Assembly (NCBI RefSeq): GCF_001194135.2
Contig: NC_068994.1
Coordinates: forward strand, 26,134,478-26,175,856
DNA: 41,379 nt
Reading direction: 5' to 3'
Source of the DNA: Octopus bimaculoides
Lineage: Eukaryota
The position numbers and the translations under genes are program-made. Shown in pieces: positions 21,900-33,715 of this stretch. Position 1 is the stretch's first letter. The number at the start of each line of letters is the position of its first letter. The notes under the pieces are model-generated. The model worked only from the letters and a program-made list of their open reading frames with translations. It did no database searches and was not told the origin of the DNA.

Positions 21900-23730
21900 A
21901 CTTGTATAACATGTATAACCAGGATATTTTTTAATAAACATAAGGAAATCTATAATATCGCACTACATAAAGCAGGATTCAACCATAAAATTAAATACCT
22001 AGACCCCAATAATCATACAAATAACCAAAATAAAGGGAATCTAAATGATATTAACACATACAGGAATAACACACCAAACCCTACTGCAAACCACACCAAC
22101 AATAAGGACACAATTAAACATAATAAAAATAATAGTAATACAAAAGATCCCAAAGCCTACCCACATAACACCAAAAAAACCAACAGCGTAAACACCAATA
22201 CCAATAATACTATTAGCATTAATAAGACTAATAAAATAACAAAGCAGAAATACAATAACAAAGATAACACTCAAAGATAAGAATATTATTAATAACAGCG
22301 AGACCCAGCGAACTAAAATAAACCCTGTTATAAACCTCAACCCCTTGACGCCAGGCCCACAAAAACCAAACAACATTAACCCAGCTAACACTGATAAGAC
22401 ACATACTAAAAATAAACCTAACTATAGAAATAAATTAAATAGCCACAATGGCAAATTCACTAGCCTTCCCAGCTAACCGTAATAACAATAAGCACAATAG
22501 TGATGCGATATGGTTCATCATGAACCTCAAATCCAACATAGTCCGTTCCTTAATGAACATAATAGATAAACATCTAAATGTAAACAATAAATATGCAGCA
22601 ATATTTAAGAACAAAATTAGAATCGGCCACAACCTGACATGTAATTTAGCTACCATCATAGCCTCTATTAATAATACAAAATTAGACGCATTCTATGCAG
22701 CTAGAAAAACCACGAACAACCAAACTAACAACCGCCCGACAAATAGAACAAACCCCAACCCTAATCAAACGCCCCTTGCTAACAGAGACACGCACCAAAA
22801 AAAAAAAACAATAGGGCCACACAACACACCGACACAGACACCCCTTATAATTTATGTAGCTGTAAGGATAGGAATAAATGCAATTTCTCCAATAGATGTA
22901 GTTTACCAATGTGACGTACACACAAACAGCCATATAAGATCATACATTGGGACCACAAAAAAAAAAACGCCTAAGATACAATGAACACCAATCTAGCTTT
23001 AGAATAGAAAGAAGGCAAATTCAACAGGACTTAGTAGCTATATCTGGGAATTAAAGGACAATAATATAGCATACAAACTAAAATGGCGTCTACTCAGAAC
23101 AGCAAACTCTTATAACTCAATTAACAGGCGTTGTGATCTTTGCCTAACTGAACGCCTCAAAATCCTAATGGCTACAACACATCTTCTAAACAAAAAATAC
23201 GAAAATAGCCGAGTTTGTCTACACACTACAAAATTTTCATTTTCAAAGTATAATTAAATATTTACTTGGACAGAGTTAGCTCCCTCTTCTCCAAAACTTA
23301 GAGTTACTCCCCTTTACTTACACCGCCGGTGCCATAAAACAATAACATCCACGTACGGAATGCACTTGACTAAGATTGGAATTACGGACTTAAACAGCAC
23401 CTTTGCAGAAATATTATGAACCCTGATTTCGACTAAAATGTAAGACTCACTATACCCTACCTCTATTCTCACCCCACTATATGCATTCTTTTACATTAGT
23501 ATATCCTCCACATTTCCATACCTTCATCTCTCACACCATGCATTTAAACAGACTTCTCAGCATTCTGAAGAGATCTGCCAATTAAATTGGCATATCGAAA
23601 CGATCGTAAATGTGACATTACATAATCTCTACCTAATTGATTAAATTAATGGCTAACTAGCGCAATCGATCTGCTTCTTTCTGTGTTTGTTTCTCCATTC
23701 TCTACATGATGATATATATATATATATATA
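21900..23730 (+). mobile_element. 5'-truncated Naiad-like PLE (RT thumb end, linker, GIY-YIG, 3' pLTR with hammerhead)
   Basis: FNKHKEIYNIALHKAGFNHKIKY, AIWF..NI..L..IIDKH, IIASINN, CSCKDRNKC, YIGTT, EHQSSF..STGLSSYIWELKD..W..RCDLCLTERLKIL..LLNKKYE..CLH. Followed by a hammerhead and (TA)n. Confidence 0.85.
23557..23615 (+). ncRNA. Type I hammerhead ribozyme, apparently intact
   Basis: Stem I TCA(G)CATT/AATGTGA. Core CTGAAGA (23565-23571). Stem II GATCTGCCAAT-TAA-ATTGGCATATC (10 of 11 bp). GAAA (23597-23600). Stem III palindrome ACGATCGT (23600-23607). GUA triplet, predicted cut after 23608. Confidence 0.85.
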
Positions 23731-24687
23731 NNNNNNNNNNNNNNNNNNNNNNNNNNNNNNNNNNNNNNNNNNNNNNNNNNNNNNNNNNNNNNNNNNNNNN
23801 NNNNNNNNNNNNNNNNNNNNNNNNNNNNNNNNNNNNNNNNNNNNNNNNNNNNNNNNNNNNNNNNNNNNNNNNNNNNNNNNNNNNNNNNNNNNNNNNNNNN
23901 NNNNNNNNNNNNNNNNNNNNNNNNNNNNNNNNNNNNNNNNNNNNNNNNNNNNNNNNNNNNNNNNNNNNNNNNNNNNNNNNNNNNNNNNNNNNNNNNNNNN
24001 NNNNNNNNNNNNNNNNNNNNNNNNNNNNNNNNNNNNNNNNNNNNNNNNNNNNNNNNNNNNNNNNNNNNNNNNNNNNNNNNNNNNNNNNNNNNNNNNNNNN
24101 NNNNNNNNNNNNNNNNNNNNNNNNNNNNNNNNNNNNNNNNNNNNNNNNNNNNNNNNNNNNNNNNNNNNNNNNNNNNNNNNNNNNNNNNNNNNNNNNNNNN
24201 NNNNNNNNNNNNNNNNNNNNNNNNNNNNNNNNNNNNNNNNNNNNNNNNNNNNNNNNNNNNNNNNNNNNNNNNNNNNNNNNNNNNNNNNNNNNNNNNNNNN
24301 NNNNNNNNNNNNNNNNNNNNNNNNNNNNNNNNNNNNNNNNNNNNNNNNNNNNNNNNNNNNNNNNNNNNNNNNNNNNNNNNNNNNNNNNNNNNNNNNNNNN
24401 NNNNNNNNNNNNNNNNNNNNNNNNNNNNNNNNNNNNNNNNNNNNNNNNNNNNNNNNNNNNNNNNNNNNNNNNNNNNNNNNNNNNNNNNNNNNNNNNNNNN
24501 NNNNNNNNNNNNNNNNNNNNNNNNNNNNNNNNNNNNNNNNNNNNNNNNNNNNNNNNNNNNNNNNNNNNNNNNNNNNNNNNNNNNNNNNNNNNNNNNNNNN
24601 NNNNNNNNNNNNNNNNNNNNNNNNNNNNNNNNNNNNNNNNNNNNNNNNNNNNNNNNNNNNNNNNNNNNNNNNNNNNNNNNNNNNATA

Positions 24688-24853
24688 TACGATGGGCTTC
24701 TTTCAGTTTCCGTCTACTAAATCCACTTACAAGGCTTTGATCGGCCTGAGGCTATAGTAGAAGACACTTGCCCAAGGTGCCACACAGTGGGACTGAACCT
24801 GGGACCATGCGGTTGGTAAGCAAGCTACTTACCACACAGCCACTCCTGCACCT
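24688..24853 (-). mobile_element. tRNA-derived SINE
   Basis: Minus strand: A-box-like TGGCTGTGTGGT, B-box-like GGTTCAGTCCC, body CCTTGGGCAAGTGTCTTCTACTATAGCC, ending towards the (TA)n/gap. Confidence 0.8.
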
Positions 24854-25383
24854 ATATTATTATTTATATTATTATTAATTGAACACCACACATCCATTAC
24901 CAAGTACATACACACATACATACATATATATTGTTGTATCTTGGGAGGGTCATTATACTATTAATCTTGCAAACCAAATGCAAAAACAATATATATTTAT
25001 GTATGTATGTATGTACACACACACGCACACACACATCCAACAGGCTATATGTATATGTGTATGTGTATGTGAAAATGATTATGACAATTGCAATGAGGAT
25101 GAAAGCAATGTTGCTTGTGTTAATGGTCAAGGTGGTGGTGGTGGTGTGGTGGTAGAAGGGGCGATGTAACATTGAGCCAGCTTTACATTATAGATAATTG
25201 GATGTGTTTTAAAAAGAGTTCCTATTGAGGAATAAGCCAACCAAAAACTTCAAAAATAAAATAAAGTATAATGATGAAGATTGATGATGATGATGATTCC
25301 TTTCTTTATATGTTTAGTAAAAGTAATACACAAAATAAAATGAAAAAGATTTAAAAGTATATCAAATCAATAAAATTTCTACG

Positions 25384-25422
<39 letters not shown>

Positions 25423-25833
25423 NNNNNNNNNNATATATATATATATATATATATATTTATATGCATACACACACACACACACTGTATATAAGTATATATA
25501 ATGTGTTTTATATAGTATACATGAATATATTTATATATGTATGTGTGTGTAAGTGTATGGTTCATACACATGTACATACACACACACATGTATTCCTCAC
25601 TCACACACAGCACTGCTATCTGTCTACTTAATCATTTACATAGAATGAAAGTTGTTTCAGTTGGATAATCATTGTTATTTATTCTTGTTTTTGTTTCTTA
25701 TAGTGGTGTTTTCTTTTAAGGAAACAAAACAAAAGGAAAATGTCTTTTGAAATTTGTGCAATATTTTAGAAAGATATTATTGTAGGGTAGAATTGCATTT
25801 GATCTGGACTATCTAACTGTCAATAATCAATAT

Positions 25834-25836
<3 letters not shown>

Positions 25837-25919
<83 letters not shown>

Positions 25920-26002
25920 TGTGTGTATGTATGTATGTATATGTAAGTATATATATATGTGTGTGTATTTATATATATAAATATATACATGTGTGTGGTG
26001 TG

Positions 26003-26092
<90 letters not shown>
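25837..26092. repeat. Compound microsatellite (TA)n / (TATG)n / (ATCT)n
   Basis: About 80 bp of pure (TA)n, then (ATCT)n at about 26003-26054 and further (TA)n. Confidence 0.95.
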
Positions 26093-26097
<5 letters not shown>

Positions 26098-27372
26098 GTG
26101 TGTATGTATGTATATGTAAATATATATATGTGTATGTATATATGCATAATCCAAAAACAGATTTTCTTTCAAACATTTTATATTGAAGATACAACAATAT
26201 TAAGGATACTCCTTATTTCCTTATTAGTTTTTATATCTAATTTATGTTTAATTTGGAAGAGTAGATTTTCTAAGTTTGTTAGCTACATCATTAAAATATA
26301 ATCAGACTGACTATAGTGTTTTGTTAGTATACTTTGCAATAAGTCAAAATCTTACTCTTCTTGATGAATGTTACTCTTACTCATGAATGTTGGACTTAAA
26401 ATTTTTTTACTTAAGTCCCTGCAGATTTCAAGGTTTATTTTCTGAGTGCAGTATCTGTGTGCTGATTTCAAGTGTTCATGTTGCTATTAATAAAGAGCTC
26501 ATAGTTAATCTTTATTTAATTTAATTCATTTATTTGAGGGAGGGGGGATCTATGTAGGATGGTAGTGTTATCAGCCAAAATTTTCCTGTCTAATTTTGTT
26601 TCCTGTACTGTTTCGTAATGTATTGTAATGGCTCTTTGCTATAAATGCATGGCCAGCTGATGAGAAAGTGTTGTAGATGTGTGTCCAGTGTAAGAGTTCG
26701 AGTTATGAAGTTTTACTCTTTCTCGCTCTGCTCTGCTCTCTCTCTCTCTCTCTCTCGCTCGCTACATCTTTCATATCATGCTCTTAACATTTGATGTTAA
26801 GATCTTGTGTTAGCACTTAAGATTACAATTTTGAGTTAAGGTAAGGATTTTGTTTAAGGAAAAATTGAAAAGTGATTCAAAAGATTTGAATTTGTGTACA
26901 AAGTTTTACAGAATTGAGCTTGCTTATGTTTGGAATTTGGATATAAAAATATATATATTCTTAAAAGAAGAAAAATAAAAGGGTCTACAAATATTTTCTT
27001 AAAAGAAGAAAAATAAATAGGTCTACAAAGTGTTCTTAGTCCATGAATGATATCTAAACTACAGTGGAAAAGGCAAACCACTGGATTTCGTTAAAGAGAG
27101 ACGATGAGCAATGGCTAGAAGAATATTGAGCAAAACCTGATAATCAGTTGATCTAGCAGGCAGGGCCTCATTTCAGTGAGTGATGGGGGAAGGCAGTGCG
27201 CAATGATGCTGTTGAGAGGTAGACCCTGAAACTGTGCACATTTTCTCCTGATGACCCCATAAACTTGCTGACATCTGATATGCACAACTTTCAATTGGTA
27301 GCACTTGCATCTGCATCTGCAAGTTGTTTGCAAAACATCTACTATTAGTTAGATAAAGAGCTTTGCAATGTT

Positions 27373-27995
27373 CATCATCATCATCCTATGGTTGGTCGGA
27401 ACTCTATTGACAATCCCTTTCCACACTACATGGTCCTGCATTGCTGTGTTCAGATCTCTAATACCCAGCCCTGAGTCCCGAGATGTAGTGTCTGGAAATG
27501 TCAGTTTCCTGGAGAAAACACTTCCAGAGGGATGCCATAGGAGCAGGGATGAGATAATCTCTTTCTCCGCTCGATGACAGTGGCCAGCAGATTGTAGTCG
27601 TTTCTGCTTTAGCTTGAGGGATATTGGTATCAGATTTCTATAGATGTTACTAAGTGTTGGGTGTGATCACCAATTGATGTTCTATATCTTTCTGAGCAGG
27701 TTGGTATATGTTCCATCTAGTTGCTTTTCTAAGAGAGCCAATAAGGTCCAGTTCTCTGATCCGTAGAGAAGAACTGGCTCAATCAGTGTTCTAAATATTT
27801 TAACTTTTAATGTGGGTGGAAGGTTTTAGTGCCAAATCTTATCAAGTCTGTTACATGCATCCCAAGAAAGAGCTTTGCAGATGTGAAAGTCATTTTGGGA
27901 GTCTACTATGTGTGATCCAAGATATTTGAAGTCATCAACGTTTTTGATTGATATATTACTGAGCGATTTAAGTTCAGTTAACTTGGAGGTGGTCA
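27373..27995 (-). mobile_element. 3' end of a second RTE family
   Basis: VDDFKYLGS, KIFRTLIEPVLLYGSENW, RLQSAGHCHR, AMQDHVVWKGIV, running straight into an (ATG)n tail. Divergent from the 1.5-4.8 kb family. Confidence 0.85.
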
Positions 27996-28199
27996 TGATA
28001 AACTCTGTCTTACTCTCGTTGCAGTAAAGGTCGATCTGATTTGCTGCTTTCTCCAGTGTTGATCATTGTTGATCATTGCTAAATCAACTAGTGGGGTGGT
28101 TGTTTTGTTTACAGTTAAAGAATACATGTAAAACAAAGAGAAAATAAAAATCATACATACATGTGCACACACAGACCACATACACATGCATATACACAT

Positions 28200-28200
<1 letters not shown>

Positions 28201-28257
<57 letters not shown>
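28201..28257. repeat. (CA)n microsatellite
   Basis: Pure CA run. It abuts a 50-bp collapsed SINE remnant at 28258-28308. Confidence 0.95.
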
Positions 28258-28259
<2 letters not shown>

Positions 28260-28639
28260 CAGTTTCTGTCTACCAAATTTCTTAACTACGCAGCCATGCT
28301 TGCATTTCTCAGTTTCTCTGTCTCTGTCTGTCTGCTTGCACGAGTCTGACAAAACTTGCAGAGTTAGATTTCCTACAGATGGATGTTCTTTTTGCCATTA
28401 ACTCGCCTCCTATTTACATGCAAATATTTTGCTCAAGTTCTTTGAATACAAACTGCTGAATGGCTGGACATGTTTTCATGTAAGATTGCAAACAGATGAT
28501 GCTGATTTTGTATGAATCTTGACAATCAGTATGCAAATATCAAGACATAAACACTTACATGCACACAAGCATACTCATTTGCAAAACATAAATACACATA
28601 CAAATATGTATGTGTGTATGTATGTATGTATGTATGTAT

Positions 28640-28687
<48 letters not shown>

Positions 28688-28859
28688 AAGGGTGGAAGGA
28701 GGTATTTTGTATTATTTATAGTGTTTAATAAATTCTATAAGTATCTTTCCATGAAAAATGGTAAAGATCCTTTGTCTATGCATAGATATAGTGGTTATAC
28801 ATGTTTTAGTGAAAAATAGACTAAGGGATATTGTCAGCTTTAATGTTAATGAAATATAT

Positions 28860-29390
28860 AAATTGCATATTTTTCATTTGTTGAGAAGATTTTAGACAAA
28901 TTAAGGGGAGTTTGAGGGTAGTAATTGTAGCCCTTTATTAGCACACACACACACACATATATGCAAACTCAATTTCTTTAGTGAGCTATACTGAAGGAGA
29001 AAGATCAGTTTGGTGAAACAAGCCAGTGCTGATATATCAATGATATTTTTATTCTTAATTACAATTATTTTGAATATTTGTTTGGGAAAAATATATCTGG
29101 AGGATCTCAAAACAACTAGGAATAGTGATTTGTTAAATGAGATTAACTATTTAGATGTCTGGATGGTTAGTATTGATAACAACATTGTGACAAGTATTTA
29201 TGAAAAAACCGATCATTTTAGTTTCCACATTGAATCATTACCATGGGCATAAAAGTAGAATTCCTCTAAGAATAGGCTCTGTGTTTTCCAGTCAAGTTAC
29301 TAGAACTGGGGGAATAATAAATGAGATTGGAATGTTTTGGGATAGAATGAAAAAGTTAACAAAACATGGAAAAACAAGGTTACATTAAGA
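28860..29390 (+). mobile_element. Decayed PLE-type reverse transcriptase fragment (clade unassigned)
   Basis: Across frameshifts: FRQIKG..GSNCSPLLA, *YINDIFILN, NYLDVW..IVTSIYEKTDHFSFHI..LP, SRIP..SVFSSQVTR. Confidence 0.6.
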
Positions 29391-31128
29391 AATGATTATT
29401 TAAATGTTTTATCTGTTACTTGGAGAAACATGGTAAAATTTTGAGAAAATATGGAAATATGGAATGATCTTCAGTTCGCAACTGAGAAAAGTTTTAAGGA
29501 GTGATTAGTTTTAATTAAAAGTAAAAGTTAAATTGCTTTCTTGCAGTTTGTGAACTGTGTGTCATTTATTATAGTATACAGCATCACTTCTATTGGGTAG
29601 ACAGTATAGATTTCTGCTAGTCGAATGATAATGGTCTTTTGTTTTCTGGTGGCTGTGGAGTTAAGATGTAAGTGTAACTTTTATTAATTTTTTTGCAGCA
29701 TGTGTAGGTTTTGTTATTTTGCTACATTATTTTTGTTTTAATAATTTTCGAAAGTTTATAGGTTCTAGGTGTAAATCTTAGTTTAAATTCTGTATATATT
29801 TGTTTATTCAATTGTTAACGGTTTAGTTTGAGTTGTTTCCAAGTAGCAGGCCTTTTATGCCATTTAACTGATAATAAGTTATTCAGTTTGTTTGAAATTA
29901 GGTTGTTTTATCTGTTATTAATTTGGTATAATTTTGAAATTTTTGTCATATCTATACATTTTTTTACTGCATATTATATATCATTTTATTATCTATATTA
30001 CAATGATTGAAGAAGTGCGGGACAACGTCCAGTTTATTTTTTGTTTTTCCCCTGTTATTAAAAGAAGTCATATTGCTTTGAAGAAATTATAAATGAATAT
30101 TAACAAATTTTTAAACTATAAAGTTTATTTGTATATTAAACATAAATTATAATGCTTAATATTATAAGATTTGCTTCTGTTTTAAATGTCAACTTCCATT
30201 TGAATTCCATATGTAAGCAAATAGTTTTTCTTCGTGTTTGTAAAAAAAATGTAATAAAGTGAAGAAAAAAACAACAAAACAAGTGAGTAAATTATTTTTA
30301 AAAGTGCGAAAACAATAATCCCTATCTAATAGTATTAAGTTTTCAAATTGTGTCAGACTACAGTCATGCTGGTCACCTTGAAATTATTTAGTCAATAATA
30401 TCATCTCCCAACACAATTCTTCGCACATGGTCAGATGTATGTTACATTATCAAGAGCGTCAAGAAAACAAAATATTAAAATATTAATTGAGATAAATGAA
30501 AAGGGTCCATTTGCTGACAGTTGTGTCTGCAAAAAAATTCTACAGTGATGTGAGACATTCATTACTTTCTTTTAATTGAAATGTATTTAAGTTTCTTTTA
30601 ATTGCTTGGAAAGGGACACTAGAAACACTTAAGATGTCTATAAGTGAATATAATGAAACAATAATGTAGCAAAACTCAACTCTTCATATTGGTAAATGTA
30701 ATTCATTAATTCCCTCCAGAGTATCTATTTTCAAACTCACTCAAGTGAAGATTCATGAACAATATCCCTTGACAATCTTATTTCTTTTCCAATTTTCATT
30801 ATCGTCTTTTTTAAATGCATCATGGATTATTTTACTGATTACAGAATAAACTTGTCTTTGTTCAATCCATGAGCATATTGTCAATAGACTCTATAATGTA
30901 TGTATCATATATACATATGATACATATGTATATATAATATAAATATGTGCAACACATATGCCGGAGGGCAGTTTTTCTGTAGGGTGGGGAGGAAAAGGTA
31001 AAGAGAAAGAGATATGTTTAGGATACAATATTTATCAGAGAGTGATGTTCTGATGGTGAGGTTAAAGAAAGGTAAATAGAGAGAGATGGACAGGGGAAGC
31101 AGTTATATATATATATATATATATAGGG

Positions 31129-31137
31129 AGAGAGAGA

Positions 31138-31198
<61 letters not shown>
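31129..31198. repeat. (AG)n microsatellite following (TA)n
   Basis: Directly visible. Confidence 0.95.
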
Positions 31199-31199
<1 letters not shown>

Positions 31200-33092
31200 C
31201 AGAAAGCATTTGTATAGCCAGCACAGAGATACATTGATAGCAAGAAAAAATATAAACAAACAGCTGGACTGAAATGAAATGAACTTTGTTACTGAAAATT
31301 ATAGTGATGATGGTAGTGGTGGTGGTGGTGGTCGTGGTCTGTTGATAGTACAAAGTATTTATTTTATTGAACTAAATCTATAATATTATTCTTCTACCTG
31401 TTTGTTTACACTTTACACTTTAGTTTGTTAGAGAGGAGAAGGAGTGAGAGAGAGGAAGAGGGAATGTGAGACTGTGAGAGAGAGTAGATAGCAGCTAATG
31501 CATTATGCTGTTGCTCATATGATTAGTGGTTAGTAGAAGTGAGAACTGAAGAGAAAGAGAGAAATGTTAAAAACATGAAAAAGGGAATTACATGGTTAAT
31601 GTGTTTGTTGAAGAGGTAGAGAGAAATAGAGAAATATAAAGTGCTTAGCAGAGGGAAATTTTAAAATCATATAATATATTATTATGACTGGAAGTAAAAT
31701 AACTTAGCAAAATAAAAAATGCAAATCATCCTTTCTTTCTTAAATAGCTTCCCTTAATCTTTTTCATTCTGTGGAATTTCCACAGGTCCTACTAGTAATA
31801 TCTTAATTTTTGTGATATCTATATATTTTTTTACTGCATATTATATATTATTTTATTACAATATTTCAATTTTATTTTTATTTTTAAAATGCAATTTATT
31901 TGGTTAATTTATTTTCTATAATTAGATACACAATTAATAGATATTGACCTATGCTTGTCTTTTTCCCTAGTACATGGTTTGGGGACATTGGTTAAAAGAC
32001 TTACTTATTGTTCCATTATGGCTCATTTTTGGTGTGGTTTCATGGTTTGAATATGTTATGGAATGAAAAAAGCATATACATTAGTCTATGTTCATTAATT
32101 AGTCAATATGTTTGAGGTTCTAGGTTTGTTGTTCATTGTATAATTATCATGTCATGTATTAGTAGTTTCATAGGTTTTGTTCAAGGCATATAGTTGTGCA
32201 ATAGTTTTTGAATCACGTTCTTTGTGGGAGGAATTTCTTTACTTGATAAATACTATTTTTTAATTTCTAGCTTTGTAGCTATATGTTAATACTATTTGGA
32301 AGGAAGAATAGAGGGTAGTAGATAGAAAGGCATGTAAAGAATACAATGAATGGACAATATCATGAGCCGGCTGGTCAAAAGTAGTAAGACAGCTGGAGAA
32401 CTCACACTTTAATTAGGAAGACTTTTGTTGCAGTGTCAACCATACACACACATACATATATATAGACATATAACTAGAACCTCAAAGAGAGGTAATCCAA
32501 AACTCCTGTATTGAGTTCACTCACACCCTCTCTTTCTCTCTCAGATGTACAGTAACAATTTATTGTGGGAATTGGAAAATTCAATGTGTCACAATAACCA
32601 AGGGATGCCATCCTAGTGTGTGAATTTTCAGATCAGTGTGAGGTGGATTAATGGAAATTATAATTTTAAGAGGTTGATTTGGCTTAGAGGTGTTTGGGGT
32701 TGCACATGGTTTGGAGGGTTGGGCCATGGGTGTGATTGCTTCTAATTTTTGTTTGCTTTTCTTGCATATATTAATAATATATGTGATGGATATGTATGGG
32801 TATTTATGCAAGCATTTCTGTGTATACTTCTGTGCATGAATTTTTGTATATATTTGTGTATATATTTATGTATATATTTCTGTGTATGTGTTAGTTGACA
32901 TTAAAAATCTTTAATTATAAAAGTTGAATAAAGGATGGTAATTAATAAGAATAAAAAATAAAGAAAGGAGTGTCGTCATTGTTGTCATTATTCAACATCC
33001 ACTTTTTCATGCTTGCATATGTCACATGGAATTTGTTGAGGCAGATTTTTTATAGCTGGCTACCCTTCCTATTACCAAACTTCACCATACAG

Positions 33093-33715
33093 CATCATCA
33101 TTTAACGTCCATGTTGGCATGGGTTAGATGGTTTGACTGAAGTTGATGAGTAGGAGACCTGCACCAGGTTCCAGTCTGATTTGGCATGGTTTCTACAACC
33201 GGATTCCTTTCCTAACACCTACCACTCCAGGAGTGTGATGGGTTCTTTTACATGCCACTGATATGGGTGCCATTTACATGACACCGGTAATGACCATGAC
33301 TATAATTCATGGATGGGTGCCATTTACATGGCACCAGCAGCAAGCCCGATGATTCATGGGTGCCATTTGTATGGCACCGGCAACAATCACAACACATGGG
33401 TGCCATTTACATGACACTGGTATGGCCACAACTACAATTTTATTTGGCTTGATGAGTCTTCTGTTGCACAGCATATTGCCAGAGCTCTTAGTCACTTGTC
33501 ATCACCTCTGTGAGGCCCAATGTTCAAAGATCATGCTTCACCACCTCATCCCATGTCTTCCTGGGTCTACCTCTTCCACAGGTTCCCCCCACAAAGATAA
33601 GCACTTCTTTACACAACTGTCCTCGCCCATATGCATCACATGACTATACCAATGCAGTCATCTCTCTTGCACACCACATCTGATACCTTTTATGCCCATC
33701 TTTTCTCTCAAGGAG
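33093..33715 (-). mobile_element. 5'-truncated RTE copy with an expanded 3'UTR
   Basis: (CAT)n-TTAACGTCC tail at 33093. 3'UTR homologous to 4650-4833. ORF C-terminus remnant (CATCCCATGTCTTCCTGGGTCTACCTCTTCC) matches 4230-4290. Confidence 0.85.

Noticed and set aside
24790-24853. tRNA-like sequences here and at 35060-35125, 36780-36843 and 36862-36920
   Set aside because: They have A/B boxes but no complete cloverleaf and continue into repeat bodies. They are SINE heads, not tRNA genes.
31769-31785. Perfect 8-bp hairpin CTGTGGAA-T-TTCCACAG
   Set aside because: Isolated, with no hammerhead core on either strand. Compatible with chance in 41 kb.
31900-32300. Possible further decayed PLE remnant on the minus strand
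   Set aside because: No motif could be recovered convincingly by hand translation.
33264-33420. CRISPR-like repeat-spacer appearance
   Set aside because: Eukaryotic context, embedded in a LINE 3'UTR, irregular short spacers and no cas genes. Kept only as a hairpin array.
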